This document shows, piece by piece, positions 19,532 through 28,749 of a stretch of 64,000 nucleotides of DNA. The notes under the pieces are model-generated. The model was not told the origin of the DNA and searched no databases. It saw only the letters and a list, made by a program, of their open reading frames with translations. Position numbers and translations under genes: made by a program. Within the stretch, counting starts at the first letter, position 1. Every line of letters starts with the position of its first letter. The DNA comes from Candidatus Enterousia sp. (GTDB lineage Bacteria > Pseudomonadota > Alphaproteobacteria > Rs-D84): contig JAZTYU010000009.1 of assembly GCA_045637165.1 (NCBI GenBank), positions 17,456 through 81,455 of the forward strand. Direction: 5' to 3'.

Positions 19532-20416
19532 TTATTCTGACAGGATTACGAAATACGGCTCCCACTTTTCACAGGCATCTGGCTTTTCTGACTCAGCCTC
19601 AACCCAAACTGCATCACCACAATCTTGTTTCAAAGACTTTAATCTATCCATAAACCGTCTGTATTCTGTTTCGTTGTCTTTTTGCAGAACTGCCAACTGC
19701 GAACGCAACAAGCCGACCTGATCATTACGTTCCAAATCTTTTTGTCCTTCTACATCACCACCAATCAACCCGTTTCCAAACAATTCCATTGCACCGACAC
19801 CAACGGCCGCCCCACCAACTGCACCACCAACCGTTGCCCATGTTCGTGCAGATTTCTTGGCATCTAAGATGCGTTCCTTTAACGTCCCTTTATTTGCCCA
19901 TTCACCACACGTGATAATTCTGCCCATTTCATAATATTTTGGCAAAACATCCGCCACACTAATTCTTGAATCATTTGATTTTAACTCGACCTTTACAAAA
20001 CAAGTATTATTATCAGGTTCTTCGATATCTTCAATCATTGTTGAATAACTGCCCAGATTGCTATAACGAGATGCCCAAACAAAAGTATTCCCAACACCAA
20101 TATTATTCTGCAGGCAAGCACGCTTTTCTTTTTCACGCATATCTTTTTCTGCTGGCTTCATCTCTTCTGGTTTTACCGCCAGACTTGCATCAACATCTTC
20201 CACCTTGACACTTGGCTTATTTACCGTCACAGATTCTGGCACCAATACCGCCCCTGCTGAAATCTGGGCCTTGGATGCAACCGCACGTGGTGCCGCCATC
20301 ATCTGATTTGACATCGATGCCCGTCCACGCCCCGTCGCCGGTGTCAATGTCGGCACAGACGCCACTGCAGGTCCAATCCCCAAGATTAAAATAAACACGG
20401 AAAAAAATCTGCTCAT
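19532..20416 (-). CDS. Secreted hypothetical protein with glycine-zipper and coiled-coil C-terminus
   Basis: Signal peptide MSRFFSVFILILGIGPAVASVP; GGAVGGAAVGVGAMELFGNGLIGG segment; no known domain. Confidence 0.5.
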   Translation of the reverse strand: MSRFFSVFILILGIGPAVASVPTLTPATGRGRASMSNQMMAAPRAVASKAQISAGAVLVPESVTVNKPSVKVEDVDASLAVKPEEMKPAEKDMREKEKRACLQNNIGVGNTFVWASRYSNLGSYSTMIEDIEEPDNNTCFVKVELKSNDSRISVADVLPKYYEMGRIITCGEWANKGTLKERILDAKKSARTWATVGGAVGGAAVGVGAMELFGNGLIGGDVEGQKDLERNDQVGLLRSQLAVLQKDNETEYRRFMDRLKSLKQDCGDAVWVEAESEKPDACEKWEPYFVILSE

Positions 20417-20490
20417 CGCTCACTTCCCTCTTGATATCTTTCAAGTAATTATACCACAAAAAGCATAAAAAATAAAGTGCAAATCAAAAA

Positions 20491-20512
20491 CAAAAGGGGC
20501 AAAAAACGCCCC
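20491..20512 (-). terminator. Intrinsic terminator after plsY
   Basis: ggggc-aaaaaac-gcccc hairpin followed by TTTTG on the minus strand. Confidence 0.55.
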
Positions 20513-20521
20513 TTTTACGAA

Positions 20522-21109
20522 TTATTTTTTCCATTTCCACTCTATTTTTGACTCTTTACCTGTCAACAAACGCTTGATATTTTCCCGATGTCGCCACATA
20601 CACAGCAAACCAATTGCCACAAAAGCCCAGCCAACCATCGGACTGATTAAGAATCCCAACACAGGAATATAGCAAAATACAATCAACGCCCCAAACGAAG
20701 AAATCCCACTAGTTAACGCCACAATCAACCACAACGCCCCACACGTTGCAAACGCCACTGGACTAACCGCCAACAATACACCAAACAGCGAAGAAATCCC
20801 CTTACCCCCTTTAAACTTTAACCAAATCGGATAACAATGCCCAACGATTGCTGCAAATCCACACCACGCACCAAACGCATCACCTGCGATATATTTTCCC
20901 AAGAAAACTGCGGCAATTGCCTTGGCCATATCCAGAATCCAGACCAAGCCTGCCATACGCAATCCACCGACACGCATAACATTTGTTGCCCCGATATTGC
21001 CACTGCCAACCTTACGTAAATCGCCCTTGCCTGCGATTTTTGTCAGAATTAACCCCATTGGCACACTGCCAAACAAATAAGATATAATTATTCCAATTAA
21101 GTAAACCAT
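20522..21109 (-). CDS. plsY: Glycerol-3-phosphate acyltransferase PlsY
   Basis: PlsY signature GSGNIGATNVMRVGG, 5-TM profile, 195 aa. Confidence 0.9.
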   Translation of the reverse strand: MVYLIGIIISYLFGSVPMGLILTKIAGKGDLRKVGSGNIGATNVMRVGGLRMAGLVWILDMAKAIAAVFLGKYIAGDAFGAWCGFAAIVGHCYPIWLKFKGGKGISSLFGVLLAVSPVAFATCGALWLIVALTSGISSFGALIVFCYIPVLGFLISPMVGWAFVAIGLLCMWRHRENIKRLLTGKESKIEWKWKK

Positions 21110-21182
21110 GTTATTTTTCCTTGATTTTATGTTTGTTTTTTATAAAATAGCAAAATCAAAACAAAAATAAAAGGAAAATAAC

Positions 21183-21443
21183 GTGGCAAATCACAAGTCA
21201 TCTGAAAAAAGAATTTTGGTAACTGCCAAGAAGAATGCAATAAACACATCACGTCGCAGTGCTGTTAAAACAGCGACGAAAAAGGCATTGGTCGCCATTG
21301 AATCTGGGGACAAGGTTGCTGCAACAACTGCGGCCCGCAATGCAGAAAGCAAAATTATGAAATCTGCTGGCAAAATCATGCCAAAGAAACGTGCAGCACG
21401 CAAGATTTCACGCTTGGCTAAAAAAGTTGCTAAAATGGCATAA
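21183..21443 (+). CDS. rpsT: 30S ribosomal protein S20
   Basis: 86 aa basic protein MANHKSSEKRILVTAKKNAINTSRRSAVKT..., typical S20. Confidence 0.9.
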   Translation: MANHKSSEKRILVTAKKNAINTSRRSAVKTATKKALVAIESGDKVAATTAARNAESKIMKSAGKIMPKKRAARKISRLAKKVAKMA

Positions 21444-21464
21444 TTGCTATTTCAGAAAAAAATA

Positions 21465-21491
21465 AAAAATCCCCTGCTTGGGGATTTTTTT
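21465..21491. terminator. Bidirectional intrinsic terminator (rpsT / Gly-rich gene)
   Basis: aaaaaatcccc-tgctt-ggggattttttt. Confidence 0.7.
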
Positions 21492-21515
21492 CATAAAAAA
21501 GTAAATTAAATATTT

Positions 21516-22511
21516 TTATAACCCCAAACGATAAATTTTGACATAACTGGTTGAACTTGAGCCAATCCCACCACTGCCACCTGCACCGCCGTTTGCGTTT
21601 ACGCCAACCCCAAACAATCCCCCCATTGACGCACCGCCGCCACCGCCACCACCGTATGAATAAAATGTCTGCCCACCACACGAATATGCAACATTTGCAC
21701 CACCCGTTCCACCACTTGACGAACTAGTTCCGAACAACCCACCGATTGACGAGCCACCACCATTACCACCAGCATTATCCGTCGCATCTGCCCCTGCTGA
21801 ACCATTATACAAGAACCCAGACGACTCTTCACCGCCTTTGCCAGCCAATGAACCACCACCCCCTGCACCACAAACAAACCCATTAGCATCCCAGGCGTCT
21901 GCACCAACCGACCCCATTCCCGATTGTGCACCTGTTATACCACCACCGCCTCCTGCGGCACAATCCTGGGCTGTGCCATCAGACTTAGTCGCAACTGCAC
22001 CCATTCCACCTGTTCCACCCTGGGAAATAATATATTTACCATCAACGGCAAAAAAACTTGGCACACCAGATGCACCGCCACCGCCGCCAGAATACAAACC
22101 ACCCGACGAATTCACGCCACCTGCCTTACCATCACTGCCACGTAAAAGATAAACATCAGTTGTCTGATATAAATTAAAACTCAAATACTCTTCTGTAGTT
22201 ACAGAGCCTTCATCTCCATTATTACCACCAGCACCACCTTTACCACCCATAACCACAACCGAATAACACCCCGGACTTAAACTTACCTTTTCACACGAGT
22301 CAAATTTTGTTGCCTCATAAACCAATGTTGATTTTCCGATTGTCCACGAAGCATCACCTTCACCAACGACTAAACTGTCAGCACAGGCCCCCAAATGAGC
22401 TTCTGCATAGTAAAGATTTCCAGAAGAATCCATGAACTTAAGTGCCGGTTGCGTTGTCTGAACCGTCTGCAAAACAATTTGAATATCAGCAATATTTATT
22501 GCAGGCATCAC
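21516..22511 (-). CDS. Glycine-rich protein (331 aa); probable C-terminal part of a split tail-fibre-like gene
   Basis: Long GGxGG/GGAGG repeats with no signal peptide of its own. Its ATG (22509-22511) is in the same frame as, and 3 codons after, the TAA of the upstream 22518..22919 ORF. Confidence 0.45.
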   Translation of the reverse strand: MMPAINIADIQIVLQTVQTTQPALKFMDSSGNLYYAEAHLGACADSLVVGEGDASWTIGKSTLVYEATKFDSCEKVSLSPGCYSVVVMGGKGGAGGNNGDEGSVTTEEYLSFNLYQTTDVYLLRGSDGKAGGVNSSGGLYSGGGGGASGVPSFFAVDGKYIISQGGTGGMGAVATKSDGTAQDCAAGGGGGITGAQSGMGSVGADAWDANGFVCGAGGGGSLAGKGGEESSGFLYNGSAGADATDNAGGNGGGSSIGGLFGTSSSSGGTGGANVAYSCGGQTFYSYGGGGGGGASMGGLFGVGVNANGGAGGSGGIGSSSTSYVKIYRLGL

Positions 22512-22517
22512 ACAACC

Positions 22518-22919
22518 TTAGTTAAACCAGACGTAAACCTGTCCTTCTGGTGGCGTGCCAGTCGGTGCAACAGTTGGAATCGTTCCAAAACGCACATCAT
22601 CACCAGCTGCAACTGTATTAGCAGTTGTTCCAACAGGCAACCGACCATACGAAACTGTCCCAGAAGACAAATTATTTGCATTTGTCTGGTCAACATTCTT
22701 TACATTTTCTAAACCAACCTGTGCAGCCGTAACAGCATGCGGATTTGACTTATTTGTCGTATGACTATTAAATTCAGTTTTATCAACTTTATTACTTGCT
22801 ACCGCCGCAACAATTGCATCAACATACCCCTTGGATGTTAAATTTGCACGACAAACAGCTGGGAAAAACAATCCCCCAGACAAAAACATACAAATTAAAA
22901 CAATACGTTTTAACACCAC
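22518..22919 (-). CDS. Secreted protein with a phage-tail-fibre-like motif (133 aa); probable N-terminal part of a split gene
   Basis: Signal peptide MVLKRIVLICMFLSGGLFFPAVC. HAVTAAQVGLENVKNVDQTNANNLSSGT resembles the (T/A)AAQVGLGNV motif common in phage tail-fibre proteins. A sigma70-like promoter lies upstream. Confidence 0.5.
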   Translation of the reverse strand: MVLKRIVLICMFLSGGLFFPAVCRANLTSKGYVDAIVAAVASNKVDKTEFNSHTTNKSNPHAVTAAQVGLENVKNVDQTNANNLSSGTVSYGRLPVGTTANTVAAGDDVRFGTIPTVAPTGTPPEGQVYVWFN

Positions 22920-22984
22920 AAAATCCCATTTAATGAAAATGCCACCAAAATAACCACCAGCACTTCATTCAATCCTACGACACC

Positions 22985-23014
22985 ATTATAAGAAAAAAAC
23001 CGAATCTGTCGCAA
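22985..23014 (-). promoter_or_regulatory. Sigma70-like promoter for the 22919 gene
   Basis: Minus strand reads TTGCGA, 18-nt spacer, TATAAT. Confidence 0.45.
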
Positions 23015-23149
23015 CAAAAAAATCAGTTTTCTACTCAGTACAAAAAAACACATATAAACAACAAGTTAGCACACAATAAACAAAACATACTAATGTGGTA
23101 AACTTTATATAAAACATGACAATTTATAAAGACACGAGTTTTCAACACA

Positions 23150-23350
23150 AAAAATTAAATAAAATGATTTAGATGCGGACAGTGTCGTCCCCGCAGTGCC
23201 CAGAAGCGACACAAGGAAACGACACCGTTCACAGATGAATTATCAACAAATAAGTGAAATTAAATAGAATGATTTAGATATGCGAAAATCCGTTGGTGTA
23301 GTGTATTGAACATACATGAGCCAACGGATTTACGCATAGATGAATTATTA
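23150..23350. repeat. Tandem pair of ~105-bp elements with conserved termini and divergent GC-rich hairpin cores
   Basis: Unit 1: aaattaaataaaatgatttagatgcgg + variable hairpin (gtgtcgt...acgacac) + cacagatgaattat. Unit 2: gaaattaaatagaatgatttagatatgcg + variable hairpin (ccgttgg...ccaacgg) + catagatgaattat. The pair ends at the secretin stop codon. Confidence 0.5.
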
Positions 23351-23358
23351 TATTTAAT

Positions 23359-24987
23359 TTAGTTCAGTGGTGCACCCCAGTGCTGTTGTATCCCACGCTC
23401 TACATCCATTGGGCTAACCAAAACCTGTGGTGTCAAGATAACCACCAAGACCTCACGAGTTGCCGATGTTTCACGAGAACCAGACAACGCCATAAAGTCA
23501 GGGTCCCCCAAACCATAACGTGTATCTTCATTGGTCTGCTTTTCAAACCCTGAAACAACTAACATCTGGCCAGATTCCATAATCACTTCCTGCATAAAGC
23601 TACGTTCTTCGACTTCTGGCAATTGCAAGGTCACCTCACCAATTGTCTGGGTTGACATACGCAACAATTCACGAACAGACATACGGAACAACAACAAGAT
23701 TCGACCATTTTCTAATACATTTGGCAAAAGCTGCATTGTAAATCCTGTTTCCAAATCATCTTGGTCAACAGTGCTAGATTCGACTGTTGTAAAGTTTCTA
23801 GATTCGAAACGTTTGATATAACCAGTTGTTCTAGTATTGCTGACTGGTGCAACACGATTTGAACGTGTTGTGACACCAACATTTGTGACCAAAGAAACCT
23901 TACCCTGCTTTGCCAACGCCTGAATCAAAGCATTACTACCAGCCGCCCCTGACAAGGAACCATTCATAATCTGGTCGTTAGTATATGCCCCTTCAACGGT
24001 TGAAGAACCTTCCTGATGTGTTGCACCAGTCAATGCAGAAACTGTATTTGACAGAACTGCAATATTCATCGAACTAGCCTCAGTCGATGCCAAATTATTT
24101 TTTGGATTTGCAACAATATTCAACCCAGAAGCAGAATTTATTGCTGCTGCCAAGTTCAAACCAAATGCAGAATCATTTGAAATCGTAACCTGTAATACCT
24201 TTACATCGATTGTAATCAACTGACTTAGACGTTTGTTTTGACGTTCGATATATTCACCAACACGTGCTAAAATAGATGGTGATGCCGTCACTGTGATTGT
24301 TCCCAAACTGCGCGAAACTGTAAAGTCTGCATTTGAAGCCTTACCAATAATTGAAGAAATCGCACTTTCAACTTCATCCCACTCTTTCAACGTAGATTCC
24401 AAAGACACTTCATTAGAATTATCTGTCGAAACAGATGTCTGATATGCAACTTCTGTTCCTAATGCGTATAATGTAAATGTTTTCGTTTCTGTTTCATAGA
24501 ACACAATAGAATTTTTATCGTAATACCATAACAAATCCAAGTCTGTCGCGACCTGGCTCAACAAGCCTGACAATTTACCAGTATAAGCAATATTTACCTG
24601 TTTCTTTAATTTTTCTGCTGAAACCTGACCATCGATTTTTACCGGAATCCCCGTAATTGAATAAATATCATTTGCCAAAACCTGCAACGACACTGGTTCA
24701 TCTAACAAGATTGTCACACCTGTATCTGTTTCAAACTTTGACGGCAAATTATTGCGATGTTCCAATACCATTGATTTACTGCCCAACCAAACACCCTCGG
24801 ACATAGAAACAGTATCACCAGTAGCCACCTTTGCCCTTGGATTTTTCGCCATTTCAAATGCATCGTATGCATTGATAAAATCCTGGTCCACAGATGCCGC
24901 AACCTTGGCAGACTCTTTTCTGGCACACCCCGTAATTGTTGCAAGAACTAAACTGCCCAAAATCAAAAGTTTAAATGGAATTTTCAT
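23359..24987 (-). CDS. Lipoprotein secretin of the PilN/TcpC/BfpB (type IVb pilus) family
   Basis: Lipobox LATITGC; 542 aa; C-terminal secretin domain (GQMLVVSGFEKQTNEDTRYGLGDPDFMALSGSRETSATREVLVVILTPQVL). Confidence 0.65.
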   Translation of the reverse strand: MKIPFKLLILGSLVLATITGCARKESAKVAASVDQDFINAYDAFEMAKNPRAKVATGDTVSMSEGVWLGSKSMVLEHRNNLPSKFETDTGVTILLDEPVSLQVLANDIYSITGIPVKIDGQVSAEKLKKQVNIAYTGKLSGLLSQVATDLDLLWYYDKNSIVFYETETKTFTLYALGTEVAYQTSVSTDNSNEVSLESTLKEWDEVESAISSIIGKASNADFTVSRSLGTITVTASPSILARVGEYIERQNKRLSQLITIDVKVLQVTISNDSAFGLNLAAAINSASGLNIVANPKNNLASTEASSMNIAVLSNTVSALTGATHQEGSSTVEGAYTNDQIMNGSLSGAAGSNALIQALAKQGKVSLVTNVGVTTRSNRVAPVSNTRTTGYIKRFESRNFTTVESSTVDQDDLETGFTMQLLPNVLENGRILLLFRMSVRELLRMSTQTIGEVTLQLPEVEERSFMQEVIMESGQMLVVSGFEKQTNEDTRYGLGDPDFMALSGSRETSATREVLVVILTPQVLVSPMDVERGIQQHWGAPLN

Positions 24988-25022
24988 AATTATTTTCTCC
25001 TACGACATCTTGTTCCAGATAA

Positions 25023-25970
25023 TTATTCTTCTGTGGTTGAAATCACCAACACTCTATTACCCTTATAGAATTTTGCGTATGGCACAGGCGTTGCACGTCC
25101 AAAATTACGAACCAACGCAGACGCAACATCAACAAAACGCCCCTTAAATACCGCACTTGCCTCTATTGGATATTCACGTGATGTTGTCCAAACCAAATCC
25201 CAACCTTCTTTATCACACCACGACTGCAAGACTTCACGCAATGTCTGACCATTTGCAACAACCCATGAACGAACTTGGTCCGTCATGACTGCTGGTGCCT
25301 CTGCATCTGCGGATGTATCAACAGCAATTTCTGTTTCTTCTTCGATAACAACTGTGCCATCACCCGACGTGTTTGAAATACGCATACCGTCAGCCGTCAC
25401 CCCCTCTACCTTCATACCATTACGAACCGCAAAGGCCTCATATCCATCTGCATACTTTCCACAGGTTTTACGACTGCTGCGCGAAACCGCCAAAACATTA
25501 CCACCATCATCTTCCAAGACTTCACGATGCAACAATGGCATTTCCGAAGAACCATCACATTCATCAGCAAACCCAACAGGGATTTGATTTCCATGCAGCA
25601 TATTTGCCCCACCAGACCAACCAGCAAATTCACCACGTGCCCCCAGATTAAAATTATTTTCAACAACCAAATCCGCCCCAACTTTGGACACAATACGAAT
25701 ATTATCCTGCTGTTTTGTTTTGGAACACAACGCCCCCTCGCATACAACCTCTACGTCTGCATCAGACCCTGCCAATGGCCACGCTGGCACTTCACGTGCG
25801 ACCTGAACATTTTCCTCTACATCAACCTGGGTTGTATCAACCTGTCCATCAACAATTCTATCCTGTTCATAAAACACCTGGGACGTAACAACCTGGGGCA
25901 ACGAACCTGCTGCAAAGCAATATCCAGCAGCAGTTGCAAACATTGCGACAATCAAAATTTTGCGGAACAT
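25023..25970 (-). CDS. TcpQ/PilL-domain periplasmic protein (partner of TcpC/PilN-type secretins)
   Basis: Signal peptide. C-terminal ~90 aa (GQTLREVLQSWCDKEGWDLVWTTSREYPIEASAVFKGRFVDVASALV) resembles the TcpQ C-terminal domain. It sits 35 nt upstream of the secretin gene. Confidence 0.5.
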   Translation of the reverse strand: MFRKILIVAMFATAAGYCFAAGSLPQVVTSQVFYEQDRIVDGQVDTTQVDVEENVQVAREVPAWPLAGSDADVEVVCEGALCSKTKQQDNIRIVSKVGADLVVENNFNLGARGEFAGWSGGANMLHGNQIPVGFADECDGSSEMPLLHREVLEDDGGNVLAVSRSSRKTCGKYADGYEAFAVRNGMKVEGVTADGMRISNTSGDGTVVIEEETEIAVDTSADAEAPAVMTDQVRSWVVANGQTLREVLQSWCDKEGWDLVWTTSREYPIEASAVFKGRFVDVASALVRNFGRATPVPYAKFYKGNRVLVISTTEE

Positions 25971-26165
25971 AACCGTCTTCCTTTCCTAATATATATCCTT
26001 ATTTAATAAATATTATAACAATTTGACCGAATCTGTGCAAGACCTAAAACACACATAAAACAATCAAAAAATTTCCGATTACATAAATCCGCACGAATCG
26101 CAAAATTTATGTTATACTAGGCACAATCAAGACAGACAGACAAACACACACCAGGGAGTAATTTT

Positions 26166-26708
26166 ATGGAAAATGCCATTATTTTTGGGGGCTTGCTACT
26201 AATCACATTGATTTCAGGCACAATTCTTTTCTACATCTATCGTATCAGCACCCAAATTGGCAACATTACCAAGACCCTGGACCATCAATACGCCCTGATT
26301 GTAAAAATCCAATCTGTATTAAAAACCAAATCTGCGACCAATGCCGTTGCTGAAAATGCCGAAATGATATACCAAGACTTGTTGCAAAATTTAATTCCAA
26401 TAATGGCATCAATTGACATTATGCCACGCAACACCCCTGAACATCCACTGTGGCGTGCGTTGGGTGGAATTATGGATGAATATGCAAAAAATCCATTTGC
26501 CCTGGAAAAATTACGCCGTGCAATCAAACTTGATTCCGAAGTTGCCCGCAACATCGACAACTATATCCGCCGTGCAGATAATTTCTTGCACCATTTGACA
26601 ACGACCGAACCAGATGGTTTACTGTCAAATACATTTACAGACGGCTTGCTGGGACAATCAATGACATTTTTTGCCCAAGCAAAACAACTTGCCGCCCAAA
26701 GCAGTTAA
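26166..26708 (+). CDS. Hypothetical membrane-anchored protein (180 aa)
   Basis: N-terminal TM helix (IIFGGLLLITLISGTILFYI); extended -10 promoter (TGTTATACT) upstream. Confidence 0.45.
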   Translation: MENAIIFGGLLLITLISGTILFYIYRISTQIGNITKTLDHQYALIVKIQSVLKTKSATNAVAENAEMIYQDLLQNLIPIMASIDIMPRNTPEHPLWRALGGIMDEYAKNPFALEKLRRAIKLDSEVARNIDNYIRRADNFLHHLTTTEPDGLLSNTFTDGLLGQSMTFFAQAKQLAAQSS

Positions 26709-26717
26709 ACCAAAGCA

Positions 26718-28046
26718 ATGACAAAACTATGTGAAAATCTTATTCGCCAAATATCCGCCACCCGAAAAGAACCTGCGTGGTTGCTACAATGGCGATTAGA
26801 TGCATTTCACACCTGGGAAAAATTATCTGAACCGCATTGGGGCGACATTGATTACCAACCTATAAACTATGACGAATTAAATTATTACAACGAGCCAGCC
26901 CCCATTGACAACTCTGACCTAGAATCTGTTTATGACAAAATGGGCCTGCCCGAAAGCGAAAAGAAAGCCCTGCTAGGTATGGCGACAGACACCGTAATCG
27001 ACAGTCGTTCTGTTCACACATCTTATACTGCCGAACTTGAAAAACTGGGAATAATATTCCTGCCATTTTCTGATGCTGTTCAACAACACCCAGACCTGGT
27101 AAAAAAATATCTAGGCAGTGTTGTTCCTGCATCCGACAACTTTTTCGCCGCATTAAACGCTGCTGTATTTTCTGATGGAACATTTGTCTATATTCCACCA
27201 AACACAAAATGTCCAATTGACCTAGCCAGTTATTTCAGAATTGAAACTGCAAAAATCGGTCAATTTGAACGCACACTTATCATCGCAGACCAAGGCTCTG
27301 AACTTAGTTATATGGAAGGTTGCAGTGCCCCACGTCGCCCCAACCACCAATTACACAGTGGGGTTGTAGAAATAGTTGCTTTGGATAACGCAACTGTAAA
27401 ATACTCGACCGTCCAAAATTGGTTTGCAGGCGATTTTGACGGCACAAAAAATACTGGTGGCATATTAAACTTTGTAACCAAGCGTGGAAAATGCCACGAC
27501 AATGCAAAATTACTTTGGACCCAGATAGAAGTCGGCAGTGCCCTAACCTGGAAATATCCATCTACGATTTTACTTGGAAACAATGCGTATAGCGACTTTT
27601 ATTCACTGTCAATCACACACGGTGCCCAAATGGCAGATACTGGCACAAAAATGATTCACATTGGTGATAATTCAACATCAAATATTGTTTCATATGGCGT
27701 TGCCACAGACATATCATCACAAACGTTTCGCAGTCTGGTATCATTTTCCGGCAACAACTGCACTAACGCATCAAAATGTGACAGCCGCCTGCTAACCAGC
27801 ACCGCAACTGCAAACACCCTGCCCCGAATAATTCACAACGGCAACAACAACACCCAATCGCACGAGGCTACAACTGGCACAATCGACGCTACAACACTGG
27901 CATACCTAAATGCCGCCGGAATCGAAACTGACACTGCAATCGCACTAATTATCGGTGCTGCTGCGACCCCAATCCTATCACGTCTGCCGATGGAATTTTT
28001 GGTCGAATCAAAACAACTAATTCAAATGGCATTATCAAAGGACTAA
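26718..28046 (+). CDS. sufB: Fe-S cluster assembly protein SufB (SufB/SufD family)
   Basis: SufB/D beta-helix core with C-terminal LPMEFLVESKQLIQMAL (SufB-like end); followed by sufC. Confidence 0.7.
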   Translation: MTKLCENLIRQISATRKEPAWLLQWRLDAFHTWEKLSEPHWGDIDYQPINYDELNYYNEPAPIDNSDLESVYDKMGLPESEKKALLGMATDTVIDSRSVHTSYTAELEKLGIIFLPFSDAVQQHPDLVKKYLGSVVPASDNFFAALNAAVFSDGTFVYIPPNTKCPIDLASYFRIETAKIGQFERTLIIADQGSELSYMEGCSAPRRPNHQLHSGVVEIVALDNATVKYSTVQNWFAGDFDGTKNTGGILNFVTKRGKCHDNAKLLWTQIEVGSALTWKYPSTILLGNNAYSDFYSLSITHGAQMADTGTKMIHIGDNSTSNIVSYGVATDISSQTFRSLVSFSGNNCTNASKCDSRLLTSTATANTLPRIIHNGNNNTQSHEATTGTIDATTLAYLNAAGIETDTAIALIIGAAATPILSRLPMEFLVESKQLIQMALSKD

Positions 28047-28050
28047 ACGA

Positions 28051-28728
28051 ATGCTAAAAATCGAAAACCTGAACGTCAACCTGGACGACACAAAATTACT
28101 ATCAGACATAAACTTAAACATTGCCACTGGTGAACGTCACCTACTTTGCGGTCATAACGGCTCTGGCAAATCAACCTTGGCACAAACAATTGCTGGCAAC
28201 CCAGAATACACAATTACATCAGGCAAAATCATATTTGACGGCCACGATATAACACACGAAAACATTACAACACGTGCATTACTGGGGCTGTTTATCGGGT
28301 CTCAAAACGTTCCTGAAATCCCAGGTCTGACAGTAATAAGTTTTCTAAAACATTCACTTGTCGCACACACACATTTCCGCACAGGCCACGATTTATCTAT
28401 GGGTGAATTTCTGCAAAACCTAGAAACCGCATGCAGCGAATTAGACATTCCAAAACAATGGCTAAACCGCAGCATAAACGTTGGATTTTCGGGCGGCGAG
28501 CGCAAACGTTTGATGTTATTACAACTGCTTTTAACACAACCAAAGTTGGCAATTCTTGATGAACCAGATTCTGGTACCGATGCAAAAACCCAACAACTGA
28601 TTGCTGACACAATCCACACAATGCCAAACACAACATTTTTATTTATATCACACCAAACCAAGTTTACAGAACTGGTCGCACCAACAAACACGACAACTTT
28701 ATCAAACGGAAAAATTGTGATAGAATAA
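28051..28728 (+). CDS. sufC: Fe-S cluster assembly ATPase SufC
   Basis: ABC ATPase: Walker A GHNGSGKST, signature FSGGERKR, Walker B LAILDEPDSG; 4 nt after sufB. Confidence 0.85.
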   Translation: MLKIENLNVNLDDTKLLSDINLNIATGERHLLCGHNGSGKSTLAQTIAGNPEYTITSGKIIFDGHDITHENITTRALLGLFIGSQNVPEIPGLTVISFLKHSLVAHTHFRTGHDLSMGEFLQNLETACSELDIPKQWLNRSINVGFSGGERKRLMLLQLLLTQPKLAILDEPDSGTDAKTQQLIADTIHTMPNTTFLFISHQTKFTELVAPTNTTTLSNGKIVIE

Positions 28729-28749
28729 AGAATAAAAAAGGAAGCAAAA

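Noticed and set aside
21599-22152. Pro-rich and Trp/Arg-rich ORFs overlapping the Gly-rich gene on both strands
   Set aside because: These are frame-shifted or antisense readings of the GGN-repeat DNA (GGx codons give PPP and W/R runs in other frames). Only the minus-strand Gly-rich frame is continuous with an RBS and fits the upstream gene.
23150-23350. CRISPR array or integron attC sites
   Set aside because: There are only two units. The conserved blocks are split into unequal 5' and 3' parts rather than uniform repeats. There are no cas genes, no integrase, and no R''/L''-L'/R' attC core pattern.
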